Source: Bacteroidales bacterium
Lineage (GTDB): Bacteria > Bacteroidota > Bacteroidia > Bacteroidales > ML635J-15
Reading direction: 5' to 3'
Length of the DNA stretch: 40,502 bases
Assembly (NCBI GenBank): GCA_028702675.1
Contig: JAQVOJ010000008.1
Coordinates: 1 to 40,502, forward strand
Shown here: in pieces, positions 8,598 through 19,033 of the stretch
How positions within the stretch are numbered: the first letter of the stretch is position 1
How the letters are laid out: each line of letters begins with the position of its first letter
Notes under the pieces: model-generated
Told to the model about the DNA's origin: nothing
What the model saw: only the letters and a program-made list of their open reading frames with translations
Database searches by the model: none
Program-made: the position numbers and the translations under genes

Positions 8598-10139
8598 TTG
8601 GTAAAACTTTTGTTTACAAGTATTGAAATTTTGAATGCATTTTCTCATTTTTCGTTAAAATATATGAGTATGTCGCCGGCTTTGATTTTAGGAATAATAG
8701 CTTCTTATTTTTTATTGCTAATTGTTATCAGTATTTTAACATCACGCAATGCCAACAGCGAAGGGTTCTTTCTGGGGAACAGAAAAAGTCCATGGTTTGT
8801 AGTTGCATTTGGGATGTTAGGAGCATCGCTTTCGGGGGTAACATTTATCTCTGTTCCAGGCTGGGTGCAAGACACCCAAATGACATATATGCAAATGGTA
8901 TTAGGTTATGTGGTAGGATATTTTACTATCGCACATTTGTTGTTACCGATATATTATAAACTTAATCTGACATCAATTTATACTTATTTAGACAATAGGT
9001 TTGGTATTTCAAGTTACAAAACAGGAAGTGCTTTTTTCTTACTCAGTAGAACAATTGGTGCCTCATTTAGATTATTTATTGTTGCTACGGTTTTACAAGT
9101 TGTTATTTTTGATGCATGGAATGTTCCATTTTTCGTTACTGTATTAGTAACTATCGTTTTTATTTGGCTTTATACTTTCAGAGGTGGAATAAAAACAATT
9201 ATTTGGACTGATACCTTACAGACAGCATTTTTATTACTTGCTGTAATTATTACTATTATAATGATAGGTAAAGAGCTTGATTTGGGATTGTTGGGAATGG
9301 CAAAAGCTGTTTCTGATAGCCAAATGTCGAGAATATTTGTTTTCGATGATTGGGTCTCGAAGCAACATTTTTTAAAACAGTTTGTGTCTGGAGCTTTTAT
9401 AACCATAGTAATGACAGGCTTAGACCAGGATATGATGCAGAAAAATTTGTCGTGCCGTAATCTAAAAGATGCTCAAAAAAACATGAAATGGTATGGTATT
9501 GCTTTTGTTCCGGCAAATTTATTGTTTATGTCCTTGGGTGTGCTACTTATGCTTTTTGCACAAAGCAAGGGAATTGCTCCTGATTCGGAACTAATACATG
9601 CTGACAAATTATACCCATATCTTGCTGCAGAATATTTAGGACCTGTAGTGATGATAATTTTCATTTTAGGTCTTATGGCTTCTGCATATTCAAGTGCGGA
9701 CTCAGCACTTACTGCACTTACTACATCTTTTACCGTGGACATTTTAAATGCCGGCAAAAAAGAAGAAAAACGACTTAAAAAGATCAGAACTTTGGTTCAT
9801 ATAATGTTTTCTGTGATTTTAATGTTGGTTATTATAGTGTTCAGAATTATAAACGACAAATCGGTAGTTGATGCAATTTTTACTGTAGCAGGATATACTT
9901 ACGGCCCTTTATTGGGAATGTTTGCATTCGGTTTGTTAACTAAAAAGCAAATTAGAGATAAGCTTGTTCCTATAATTGCAATAATATCTCCATTAATTAG
10001 TTTAGGACTATATTATTTAGTAAAATACCTTGCAAATGGATATAAATTAGGATACGAAATACTCTTAATTAATGGACTAATTTGCTTCGTGGGTTTGTAT
10101 TTAATAAGTTTTCGTAATAATCGTTCAAAAAGCCTTTAA
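8598..10139 (+). CDS. Sodium:solute symporter (SSS) family transporter
   Basis: 513 aa, ~13 predicted transmembrane segments, SSS-like composition. Start codon uncertain (alternative Met at 8667). Confidence 0.7.
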   Translation: MVKLLFTSIEILNAFSHFSLKYMSMSPALILGIIASYFLLLIVISILTSRNANSEGFFLGNRKSPWFVVAFGMLGASLSGVTFISVPGWVQDTQMTYMQMVLGYVVGYFTIAHLLLPIYYKLNLTSIYTYLDNRFGISSYKTGSAFFLLSRTIGASFRLFIVATVLQVVIFDAWNVPFFVTVLVTIVFIWLYTFRGGIKTIIWTDTLQTAFLLLAVIITIIMIGKELDLGLLGMAKAVSDSQMSRIFVFDDWVSKQHFLKQFVSGAFITIVMTGLDQDMMQKNLSCRNLKDAQKNMKWYGIAFVPANLLFMSLGVLLMLFAQSKGIAPDSELIHADKLYPYLAAEYLGPVVMIIFILGLMASAYSSADSALTALTTSFTVDILNAGKKEEKRLKKIRTLVHIMFSVILMLVIIVFRIINDKSVVDAIFTVAGYTYGPLLGMFAFGLLTKKQIRDKLVPIIAIISPLISLGLYYLVKYLANGYKLGYEILLINGLICFVGLYLISFRNNRSKSL

Positions 10140-11325
10140 TTATTTGTAGTACCTTATTTCCTTGATTTTCGATATTCGAATTTAGTTTTAATGATATTTC
10201 TTGTAGTGCCTTATTATTTCTATTATTAATATTATATTCAATTTTACTTATAAGGTCTTCGATACCATCAAAAATATTATGAATTTGACCCAAAGAAAGT
10301 TTTTCAATACGAGTTGCATTCCAGTATTGCTCAAAAATCGAGGGAATCATAATATGTGGTATTGCATTACTCAATGCTTGATAAATGATTCCGTTGCCTC
10401 CATGGCTTATAATTAAATCTATTTTATCAATTATGCTATTAAGATGTATAAACTCCTTATAAATAATATTATTCTTCTTGATTGGAACATTTTTACCTGA
10501 AACAACTATATTGTACTTTTCAAAATAAGTATTATCTATAAAATAAAGAAGATTCTTGGAGCCACTACTACCAGTACTAACAAGAATTGTTTTTCTATGT
10601 TTATTTTGATTTATAAACTCTATTACCTCCAACTCGTTATCATTATCAAAATAATACAGACCACCTATTTCCTTAAAGTTTTGTGGTAGCTTTTTAAGTG
10701 GAAACAGATAATTGAAATCGCATAGCAAATTTAAATTTCCTTCGTATTCATCAAGAAAGCCTTTAACAGCATCTAACTTATACTTTTTCCTTATTATGTT
10801 AAAAGGTTTATGAACTTGTTTCATACTCAATCGTTCGGCAAATCGCAATATTTTATTCCAAACATCTTCGGGAAGTTTTTATTGATATTGAAAGGCTTTA
10901 TGTATTGGAGGAACAGGACGTGCACATTTGTAATAATTAGACATATAACTATTTAGTATAGAAATGTATGGAACTTTACAATATTCAAGTGTAATACGCA
11001 AACTAGGAACAGCGTCTCCAATTACGGCATCAGGGTTAAACGCTTCAATAGCCGACAAATGAGACAAAATAATTTTCTCTATTGTTGTTATGTTAATCCA
11101 GCTAAAATCAAAACTTTCTATTTTGTTTAATATTGAATTAATTTCAATATTGTATTCGTCAATTGTATTATATCCATGATTGTTTATCAGATTGGTATAT
11201 CCTCCAGACCCCACAAAAGCTATTTCAAAGTCAGTTTTAAGAAAGTTCGCTATTTGCACGCATCTTAAGTTGTGTGAAAGCAAGGGAAAGGGAATAAATA
11301 ATAATTTTAATTTTTTATTTGACAT
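10069..11325 (-). pseudogene. GT1-family (UDP-glycosyltransferase / MGT-like) glycosyltransferase interrupted by a single in-frame TAA
   Basis: ORF 10879-11325 (N-terminal GT-B domain) and ORF 10069-10848 (C-terminal domain with the HGGNGIIYQALSNAIPHIMIPSIFEQYWNA nucleotide-sugar motif) are in the same frame. They are separated only by a TAA at 10879-11081 read on the minus strand (…HKAFQYQ*KLPEDVWNKILRFAERL…). Total ~417 aa, typical for the family. Correct coordinates of the stop: 10879-10881. Confidence 0.55.
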
Positions 11326-11461
11326 AAAACACTGATAATTTCAGTTTATTAATTAATATGCACAATAGTCCTGTATTGATTATTACGAAGCAAATCTAAT
11401 TATAAATTTGAGTAATTAATAAGCTTGTCTTGATAAGTTTTTATTAATAAACAACAATTTA

Positions 11462-13099
11462 TTGAAAAAATGGTTTTCTTTGCAGGGAAATTTTAAAATT
11501 TGTGAATTGAAAACACAAACATTACAAGAAGTTCTTACTAATGCTGTAAGCAGATATGGGAACCGTCCGGCACTTGCATACACCGGTGAAACTCCTATTA
11601 CCTATACTGAGGTAGGAGATAAGGTTGCAAGTATTAGTGCTTTGTTGAGTAGAGAAGGCATACATAAAAATGATAAAGTTGCAATTCTGGGAGATAATTC
11701 TCCTTCATGGGCTTTAAGTTTTTATGCCATTACAAGTATGGGGGCTATTGCAGTTCCGTTACTTACAGGCTTTAGTGGCGAAGAAATTGAAAATATTTTA
11801 ACCCACTCCGAAGCATCTATTGTATTGGTAAGCAGTAAACTTAAGTATAAAATACTGTCTGATAATATTAAAACTATTGATTTAGACAATTTGTATAAAA
11901 TATCTTCAGTAGATACCGGTAATAATAGCTACACCGTTGATAAAGACGATATTGCAGCTATAATATATACTTCTGGAACTACAGGTCGTTCAAAAGGAGT
12001 AATGCTTACACACAAAAATATTGTATTTACTGCCGAAGGTGGAAAAATTGTTCAACCTATTGTGCCAGGTGATCGGTTCCTTTCGATTTTACCTCTATCG
12101 CACACTTACGAAAATACTTTGGGATTGATATTGCCATTTCTAGGAGGAGCTTGCATATATTATCTTAAAGCTGCATTATCGCCAACTGTTATGATGGCTG
12201 CTTTTAAAGAAGTTAGACCAACCATACTTTTGTCAGTGCCAATGATAATCGAGAAAGTTTTTAGGAATAAGATTTTACCAGTATTTCAGAAGAATATCCT
12301 GATTAAAGCTTTTTATAAGCTTCGTTTAGTTCAAGTGCTTTTGCACAAAGTTGCAGGAAAAAAATTGATGGACACATTTGGTGGCGAATTAAAGTTTTTT
12401 GGAGTTGGCGGTGCAAAAATTGACCCCGTAGTCGAGAAGTTTTTGCTTGATGCTAAATTCCCAATTGCTATTGGTTATGGACTTACTGAAACAGCACCAT
12501 TATTGGCAGGCACAAGTCCCCAAACTGCAAGATGGCAATCTACAGGTCCTGCAATAGAAGGAGTGGAGCTTAAAATTAATAATCCTGATCCTATTACCGG
12601 AATTGGCGAAATTTGGGCTAAAGGTCCTAATGTAATGAAAGGTTACTATAAAGAGCCCGAACTTACTGCTGATGTTATTACTCCCGATGGTTGGTTTAAA
12701 ACCGGAGATTTGGCTCGTCTTGGCAGAGAAAACCATTTTTATATGAAAGGTAGAAACAAAAACATGATTCTTGGTAGTGGTGGCGAAAATATTTATCCCG
12801 AAGATATCGAGAGTCTTATTAATGGTTTTAAATATGTAATGGAATCATTAGTTGTTGAAAAAAATGGAAAGTTAGTTGCCATGGTTCATTTCAATATTGA
12901 GGAATTAGAGAAAAAGTATCAGTATCTGAAAGATAAATTCCAAGACTATGTAAACATAAAACAGGAAGAACTGCAAAAAGAACTACATGATTACATAAAC
13001 CAGAAAGTTAGTAGATTTGCTCGTTTACATGCTGTAGTTGTTTCTCCACAGCCTTTCGAAAAAACAGCAACACATAAGATAAAAAGGTATTTGTATTAA
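11462..13099 (+). CDS. AMP-dependent synthetase/ligase (long-chain fatty acid-CoA ligase-like)
   Basis: 545 aa with AMP-binding motif YTSGTTGRSKGVMLTH and conserved GYGLTET and GWFKTGD motifs. The true start is probably downstream of the TTG at 11462. Confidence 0.85.
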   Translation: MKKWFSLQGNFKICELKTQTLQEVLTNAVSRYGNRPALAYTGETPITYTEVGDKVASISALLSREGIHKNDKVAILGDNSPSWALSFYAITSMGAIAVPLLTGFSGEEIENILTHSEASIVLVSSKLKYKILSDNIKTIDLDNLYKISSVDTGNNSYTVDKDDIAAIIYTSGTTGRSKGVMLTHKNIVFTAEGGKIVQPIVPGDRFLSILPLSHTYENTLGLILPFLGGACIYYLKAALSPTVMMAAFKEVRPTILLSVPMIIEKVFRNKILPVFQKNILIKAFYKLRLVQVLLHKVAGKKLMDTFGGELKFFGVGGAKIDPVVEKFLLDAKFPIAIGYGLTETAPLLAGTSPQTARWQSTGPAIEGVELKINNPDPITGIGEIWAKGPNVMKGYYKEPELTADVITPDGWFKTGDLARLGRENHFYMKGRNKNMILGSGGENIYPEDIESLINGFKYVMESLVVEKNGKLVAMVHFNIEELEKKYQYLKDKFQDYVNIKQEELQKELHDYINQKVSRFARLHAVVVSPQPFEKTATHKIKRYLY

Positions 13100-13121
13100 G
13101 ATTATTTAAAACCATAAAAAA

Positions 13122-13146
13122 GCCGGACTTAAAGTTTGGCTTTTTT
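13122..13146 (+). terminator. Probable intrinsic terminator of the acyl-CoA ligase gene
   Basis: GCCGGAC-UUAAA-GUUUGGC hairpin (7 bp including two G-U pairs) followed by TTTTTT, 20 nt after the stop. Confidence 0.4.
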
Positions 13147-13284
13147 ATTAGGGCAATGTTGTGAATTCATATTGAGGATAATACCTAAAAACTTCGGATT
13201 CATGAATAACATAAATCAACAAATAGTAAGTAGTAGAAGCAACAAGCTTATTTAGACATTGTCCTTAAATACTAAAATAAAAAG

Positions 13285-13821
13285 TTATTTATCAGTTTTA
13301 AGCTTGCTATAAACCTCAATATCAGTAAAAATGCCACCAGACAATAATTCCCCGCTGCGTTCTATCCCTTCAAATTTAAACCCAAGTCTTTTAGGTATTT
13401 GTTTGCTCCGTGTATTACCAACAGCACATTTTATTTGTACTCTGTTTATACCTAACTCATTAAAGGCATATTCACATAGTTTATTTACGGATTTTGTAAT
13501 TATTCCTTGTTTTTGGTCTTTTTGAGAAAGCCAATATCCGATTTCTGTTTTTTTATTTTGCTTGTCAGTGCCTTTAAAACCTGCTATACCAACAAACTTG
13601 TCGTTTTTTAGAATTGTAAAAACAAGCTCAAAATATTCTTCAGGTGAATTAATTACCGAATCAATATATTTTTCAGAATCAGAGATATCTTTTGTGTATT
13701 CAACAAATGGCAGCCATTGCCCTAAGTAACTTCTTTGCGAGTTAATTGTATCAAAAATATTTTGAGCATCAGACTTTTCAATCTGTTTTAGTACAATTTC
13801 GGTATCAACTCTTATTTTCAT
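13285..13821 (-). CDS. GNAT family N-acetyltransferase (RimJ/RimL-like)
   Basis: 178 aa with GNAT motif A region (QNKKTEIGYWLSQKDQKQGIITKSV) and a typical acetyltransferase fold length. Confidence 0.85.
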   Translation of the reverse strand: MKIRVDTEIVLKQIEKSDAQNIFDTINSQRSYLGQWLPFVEYTKDISDSEKYIDSVINSPEEYFELVFTILKNDKFVGIAGFKGTDKQNKKTEIGYWLSQKDQKQGIITKSVNKLCEYAFNELGINRVQIKCAVGNTRSKQIPKRLGFKFEGIERSGELLSGGIFTDIEVYSKLKTDK

Positions 13822-13990
13822 AAAAGTAAAAAGTAGTTTATTAGAAATAAATTAGCTTCTGCAATACAATATTTAAATACATTAATGAATATGCAATAAT
13901 CTGAAGATGCCTCCTGCGTAGTTTAAATATAATGTTATAGCATTATTCCCAATTTACTTCAATATGTTATCAATCAAATACTCTCAAATC

Positions 13991-15400
13991 TTATTCTTTA
14001 GTGTCAGTTTCGGGTGTATCTGCACTTATATCCTCAATTTTTTCTTTTCCTTTTAGATAATCGGGTAGTTCCATACCGGCCATTTTAAACAAATCTTGCA
14101 TAGGAGGGATGGCGCTCAACATTCCGCTCATAAAATTAGCGGTTGCGGGAGTTCTTCCATCTTTACCACTCGACATTGTATCCCAAACAGTAACTTTATC
14201 AATTTTAAGATTTTTAACTGCTTCAACCTGAGTTTTTACAAGTTCCGGAAGTTTATCGGCAATCATTAGCATAACAGCTTTTTCGCTATCACCACCGGCA
14301 GCTTTAACAAGTTGAGAGAAACCTGTAGCTTGTTTAGTAAGAATTTCGTAAATACCTTTAGCTTCGGCTTCCATTTTCATATATATTGCATCAGCATCAC
14401 CTTTAGCGTGGCGGCGCGTTTGTTCTGCAATAGCTTCAGCAGCAATTTCGATTTTTTCTTTGTCAATTTTTGTAGGAACAATAATGTCTGCACGACGTGT
14501 AGCATCTTCACGTTCGGCTCTACTAGTTTCAGCGAGTTTTTCAGCCTGATATGCTTCTTCGAGAGCTTGTGCCTGACTAACTTTTTCGGCAGCTACAGCT
14601 AAACGTTCAGCCTCGGCTTCTTTTGTTCTACGTTGTGCATTTGAGTTTGCAACATCTATAGCTGCGATATTTTCGCCATCTACAGCATCGGCATTAGCAC
14701 GAGAGACCTGAATACGTTCATCTTTATGTGCGTTGGCCTGACCAATTGAACCATCGCGGTCTTTTTCAGCAACACTTTTCTTAGCATCATTTATAGCTTT
14801 AGCAGCTGCTTCTTTTCCAAGAGCCTCAATATATCCCGACTCATCATTAATGTCGGTAACGTTAACGTTTATGAGCTTAAGACCAACTTTTTTAAGTTCT
14901 TGCTCAACGTTTCTCGAAACTGCATCAAGAAATAAATCGCGGTTGCTGTTAATTTCTTCAATATCCATAGTTGCTACAACCAAACGCAACTGACCAAAAA
15001 TAATATCTTTTGCAAGATTACTAATATCTGCCTGATTTAAGCCCAATAATCGTTCTGCAGCATTTGTCATTACACCGGGTTCAGTACTTATACCTACTGT
15101 AAAAATAGATGGTACGTCAACACGAATATTTTGTTTACTAAGAGCATTTCTTAAATTAATTTCGATGCTAATGGGAGTAAGGTCAAGATATTCATAATCC
15201 TGAATAACCGGCCAAATAAATGCTGCTCCACCATGAATACATCTCGAAGACTGAATTTCTTTCTCTCTACGACCTACTTTCCCGTAAATTACTAATATTC
15301 TATCGCTGGGGCAACGTTTATACCTTCTTAAAAAGGTAACAATAAGCAGAAATAAAAACAATATTGCTGCACTAATTACTACTAAAATGTATTGTTCCAT
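13991..15400 (-). CDS. Flotillin-like SPFH/band-7 protein (YqiK family)
   Basis: 469 aa with N-terminal TM helix, SPFH domain, and a long Ala/Glu-rich coiled coil (AEAERLAVAAEKVSQAQALEEAYQAEKLAE). Confidence 0.85.
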   Translation of the reverse strand: MEQYILVVISAAILFLFLLIVTFLRRYKRCPSDRILVIYGKVGRREKEIQSSRCIHGGAAFIWPVIQDYEYLDLTPISIEINLRNALSKQNIRVDVPSIFTVGISTEPGVMTNAAERLLGLNQADISNLAKDIIFGQLRLVVATMDIEEINSNRDLFLDAVSRNVEQELKKVGLKLINVNVTDINDESGYIEALGKEAAAKAINDAKKSVAEKDRDGSIGQANAHKDERIQVSRANADAVDGENIAAIDVANSNAQRRTKEAEAERLAVAAEKVSQAQALEEAYQAEKLAETSRAEREDATRRADIIVPTKIDKEKIEIAAEAIAEQTRRHAKGDADAIYMKMEAEAKGIYEILTKQATGFSQLVKAAGGDSEKAVMLMIADKLPELVKTQVEAVKNLKIDKVTVWDTMSSGKDGRTPATANFMSGMLSAIPPMQDLFKMAGMELPDYLKGKEKIEDISADTPETDTKE

Positions 15401-15420
15401 AATTTTTATGTGTTAAATAA

Positions 15421-16014
15421 TTATTTACTCATTTTTACTAAAAGAATTTCGTCATTAATAATATCTACAACATCTACAACAGCTCCTGTAGGTATGTCTT
15501 CCATATCATCAGTTATTGCATCAAGAGTTCTGTATCCCTGTACTTTGATTTGAACTTTACCCATTCCTTTTCTTTGTGCAGGTATTTTTAAATAAGCTGT
15601 ACCTAACTTACCTATTGCGTTATTAAGTTTAAGGGTTCCATCTTCGGAGAGTTTACCCATATAATAAATTAGAGTAGCCATAAGTGTCATCATAGCTAAG
15701 CCTGCGAGTACAGAAACAATAATAGTAAATGGCATTGATTTCCCGGCATTAATTGCGGCAATACCTGTCCAGCTAAATATTGTAAAGAAACCACTTATAT
15801 TTTTAATACTTATAAATTGGAAGCCAATTCCATCATCAGCATCAATTGAGGCATCTGCATCACCAGTAGAGCCGGCATCGTCAAAATCGCCACCGATAAA
15901 GGTTAATACAAGTTGTATTATAAAGACAATACTAAACGGTATTGCTATGCACCAATAAATTTTTTCGGCTAATTCCATAGCCTGCCACCATGTTTCGAAA
16001 GATAATAGTACCAT
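15421..16014 (-). CDS. NfeD-like membrane protein (YqiJ-type partner of flotillin)
   Basis: 197 aa with N-terminal TM segments, an acidic loop, and a C-terminal OB-fold-like beta segment. It sits 20 nt upstream of the flotillin gene on the same strand, the conserved nfeD-flotillin operon arrangement. Confidence 0.65.
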   Translation of the reverse strand: MVLLSFETWWQAMELAEKIYWCIAIPFSIVFIIQLVLTFIGGDFDDAGSTGDADASIDADDGIGFQFISIKNISGFFTIFSWTGIAAINAGKSMPFTIIVSVLAGLAMMTLMATLIYYMGKLSEDGTLKLNNAIGKLGTAYLKIPAQRKGMGKVQIKVQGYRTLDAITDDMEDIPTGAVVDVVDIINDEILLVKMSK

Positions 16015-16197
16015 AATAAAATTGCTTAAAAACGCGATTGGAAATTACAATAAATTTATGAAAAATGAAACATTGTTGAATTATTTTTATGATTTATTAA
16101 ATTACTTGCTCAATTATGGTCATATTATCTAATATGTAGCTTTTTTCAGAGCCTAAAATATTCGAGTTATTTATGAATATAGGATTGTTTATAAAAG

Positions 16198-16232
16198 CAA
16201 ATCGCTTCTCAAAATTTAATTGAGAAGCGATT
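16198..16232 (-). terminator. Intrinsic terminator downstream of the peptidase gene
   Basis: Perfect 14-bp stem AAATCGCTTCTCAA/TTGAGAAGCGATTT with a 7-nt loop, 34 nt beyond the minus-strand stop at 16266, followed on the minus strand by a T-rich run. Confidence 0.55.
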
Positions 16233-16265
16233 TATGTTTTAAAAAGCTTTAATGTAGTTACGTTA

Positions 16266-17924
16266 TTAGATACCTAAAACATCTTTGCCTTGCTTAAACA
16301 CTATATCTTTGGGGATGCCTGCCTCAGCAATTCTGTTAAGGTCTTGTTGTAACACTTCGCCTACATTTCCGTTATTTTCTACCCATTTTTTTGCTTCTTC
16401 AAGATTACCATCTCCTTGAATAAGAAGAATATCGTGTAACATATCGGCAACAGCTTGTTGCATTTTTTCAAAATCTACACTATATTTTCCTGTTTCTTCG
16501 TCTCTGTTAAAAGCTCCCTTGTCTTGAAGATAATAAAACTCCATCATATTAGCTTTACCATGCGAGCTTGCTACACCAAAACGTACAGAGCGGAAAATAC
16601 CTGCCATAAAGGTAACGTAATTGTCCATTAGGTCTTTTTCAGAAAATTCACCCATTTCGTATAATTGAGTTATAATGTATAAGCCGCCAATGTCAGCTTT
16701 TGCTTCTTCAATTGGGCTATAATATGCTTCTAAGGCTTCACGCACAGGAATATTATTATTTAATGTATATTTAATACCTAAACCATGAGCAACTTCGTGA
16801 AACATTACGTTTTGAAAAAATGCGTCTTCAAATTTAATATGCTTCAATTGAGATTCATCTACCAATAATTCACTAATAGGAACAAGTATTTTTTCAAATT
16901 TGGCTTGCATTGCGTTCTTCAATTGCAGTTTGCGGCTACCTGCCTGCTGATGTACCCTTGGATCATTAGGTAGATTTATTGCAATATTTTTGCTGCCTGC
17001 ATTACAATCACCGGCATAATAAACAACATAATAAACATTCATATCACCGCCATCGCTGGGTTCTTCTTGTTTATATTCGTTTGGTACTGGTAGGCTTGCT
17101 TGTAAATCTGGTAAAAATTGGTTAAAATGTTCAATATTATGACTCCATTCAAGATCTTTAATTAGTATTTGACCGGAGTGAGCTGCTTTGGCTCCCTTAA
17201 AACCGTCTTCGTAACTTTCAATTGGTCCAACAACAAAATCAATAAGATTATCTTTCATTTCCATCCAAGCAAGGTCTGAAGCTAAATACTCATCAGTACG
17301 TAAAGCAATAGCTCTAAGTTCGAGATATTTTTTAAACCCTTCGTCCTCAGCTAATTCAGCGGCTTTTTCAAGTAAATCGGCAGCTTTGTTGATTTGCTCT
17401 TCGTAAGCTTCGTGATACCAAACGCTCATTAAATTACCATCATCATCGCGGCGTACAAGTGTGTACCAACTCATTTTATGTGGATGATCCCAAGCTTCAA
17501 ATTCTTCTTCTGTAATATCTTGTGGATAGTAATTTGCACCTAAAGGTTTTTCTCCATAGCCTTCAATAAAAGGCTTATTACCATCTAAACGGTCCCAAGG
17601 TCCATAATTAATCATGGCATATTGTTTTGTAGCTTCATCTTCGATTTTACTTAAAAACTCTTCTTTATTACCAATAGCGTCAAGCCAAAACAATTCCTCC
17701 ATTATGTCGGCAACATCAATAAGTATGCTTAGCATTTCCTTTTGATTGGCAGTAAGGTGATTTATAGTAGTAGTAAGCTCAAATTCCGCATAATTTGCTA
17801 CTTTTTTCTCCATTTCGGTTAACTCTTTTTGTTCTTTCTCTTCATTTTCTTTTGGGGCATTATTGCATGAGAATATTATTAATATACTCATCAATACAGA
17901 AATAGTAAGAATTGATTTTTTCAT
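16266..17924 (-). CDS. Zinc metallopeptidase lipoprotein, dipeptidyl-peptidase III (M49)-like with a pentapeptide HEXXH motif
   Basis: 552 aa with a lipoprotein signal (LIIFSC). Zinc motif MFHEVAHGLG plus a downstream EEAKAD, which resembles the second M49 motif EEXR/KAE/D. Confidence 0.5.
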   Translation of the reverse strand: MKKSILTISVLMSILIIFSCNNAPKENEEKEQKELTEMEKKVANYAEFELTTTINHLTANQKEMLSILIDVADIMEELFWLDAIGNKEEFLSKIEDEATKQYAMINYGPWDRLDGNKPFIEGYGEKPLGANYYPQDITEEEFEAWDHPHKMSWYTLVRRDDDGNLMSVWYHEAYEEQINKAADLLEKAAELAEDEGFKKYLELRAIALRTDEYLASDLAWMEMKDNLIDFVVGPIESYEDGFKGAKAAHSGQILIKDLEWSHNIEHFNQFLPDLQASLPVPNEYKQEEPSDGGDMNVYYVVYYAGDCNAGSKNIAINLPNDPRVHQQAGSRKLQLKNAMQAKFEKILVPISELLVDESQLKHIKFEDAFFQNVMFHEVAHGLGIKYTLNNNIPVREALEAYYSPIEEAKADIGGLYIITQLYEMGEFSEKDLMDNYVTFMAGIFRSVRFGVASSHGKANMMEFYYLQDKGAFNRDEETGKYSVDFEKMQQAVADMLHDILLIQGDGNLEEAKKWVENNGNVGEVLQQDLNRIAEAGIPKDIVFKQGKDVLGI

Positions 17925-18186
17925 GTCTATTCAAATTTAAATTAAACATTTTAGCTATACACAAAGAAAATAAAAATGATGCGTATATCAAAGAAAAACC
18001 TTGCATATTAAAACAGATGTTGTATAAAAATTATGGCTTCTTTGTAATTTCTATTGTAGTCTGTAAATAATAATTACCTTTGTATCAGAATAAATAGTGG
18101 GTTTTTTATTATGTTTATCCGTATAGCCATAATTGGGAATTACTTATATCCAAATATTTAATCTACATTAAAAAATAGTTTTTTTT

Positions 18187-18624
18187 ATGACACAAGTAAC
18201 TAAAGATTGTTTGGTTGGCGTTCATTTTGATTGCGAAACAAGCAAAGGAGTAAAATTTTCGAGTAGAGACAATGATCAACCCATAGAATTTGTTGTGGGA
18301 GAAGGGAATATGCTAAAAGGGTTTGAGGAAGCTGTTTATGGTATGAACGAAGGCGATAAAAAAACAGTTGAAATTAGCTCAGACGATGCCTATGGCTCAT
18401 GGTCAGAAGAAAATCTTATTACAGCTAAAAGGCATGAAATGCCTGAAGGAGTTGACATACAGGTAGGCACCCCTTTAATGATGCGTACTAATGATGGTAT
18501 GGACAGACAGGTTCATGTTAAGGAAGTAAAAGAGGAAGAAGTGGTTTTAGATTTAAACCATCCTCTAGCAGGACATGACCTAAATTTTAACATCGAAATT
18601 ATATTTATTAAAAATAAAGTGTGA
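18187..18624 (+). CDS. FKBP-type peptidyl-prolyl cis-trans isomerase (SlyD/FkpB-like)
   Basis: 145 aa with an FKBP domain interrupted by an insert-in-flap segment (VGVHFDCETSKGVKFSS…EFVVGEGNMLKGFEEAVYGMNEGDKKTVEI). Confidence 0.85.
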   Translation: MTQVTKDCLVGVHFDCETSKGVKFSSRDNDQPIEFVVGEGNMLKGFEEAVYGMNEGDKKTVEISSDDAYGSWSEENLITAKRHEMPEGVDIQVGTPLMMRTNDGMDRQVHVKEVKEEEVVLDLNHPLAGHDLNFNIEIIFIKNKV

Positions 18625-18681
18625 TTTTTAAAAAAATGCTTTATATTTGACAAGTTTTTGTTTAATTAATTTTTCTATCTC

Positions 18682-18945
18682 ATGAACATTTATGTAGGAA
18701 ATCTCGATTTCAGTATCAAAGAAGATGACTTAAAAAACCTATTCGCAGAATATGGTGAAGTAAGTTCAGTTAAAATTATTACCGACAAGTTTTCTGGTCG
18801 CAGTAAAGGTTTTGGTTTCATCACTATGGATGATGACTCCGAAGGTCAAGCAGCGGTTAACGAACTTAACGGCTCTGAGTTTAAGGGTCGTAATATGGTA
18901 GTAAATGAAGCGCGTCCCAAAAAGGATGATTACAACAGAAGGTAA
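18682..18945 (+). CDS. RRM-domain RNA-binding protein
   Basis: 87 aa with RNP-2 (IYVGNL) and RNP-1 (KGFGFITM) motifs. Confidence 0.85.
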   Translation: MNIYVGNLDFSIKEDDLKNLFAEYGEVSSVKIITDKFSGRSKGFGFITMDDDSEGQAAVNELNGSEFKGRNMVVNEARPKKDDYNRR

Positions 18946-18975
18946 TATATACTAACCTTACTGATTGATATTGTT

Positions 18976-19007
18976 GAGCCGGCATTTTTTTGCCGGCTCT
19001 TTTTTTT
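18976..19007 (+). terminator. Rho-independent terminator after the RRM protein gene
   Basis: GAGCCGGCA-TTTTTT-TGCCGGCTC perfect 9-bp GC-rich stem followed by T8 (19000-19007). Confidence 0.8.
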
Positions 19008-19033
19008 GAGTTAGTAAGAGCTTGATTTATATA

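Noticed and set aside
10879-10881. In-frame TAA codons as evidence of stop-codon reassignment
   Set aside because: TAA terminates neighbouring well-conserved genes (gmk and others) at the expected positions. No bacterial code reassigns TAA.
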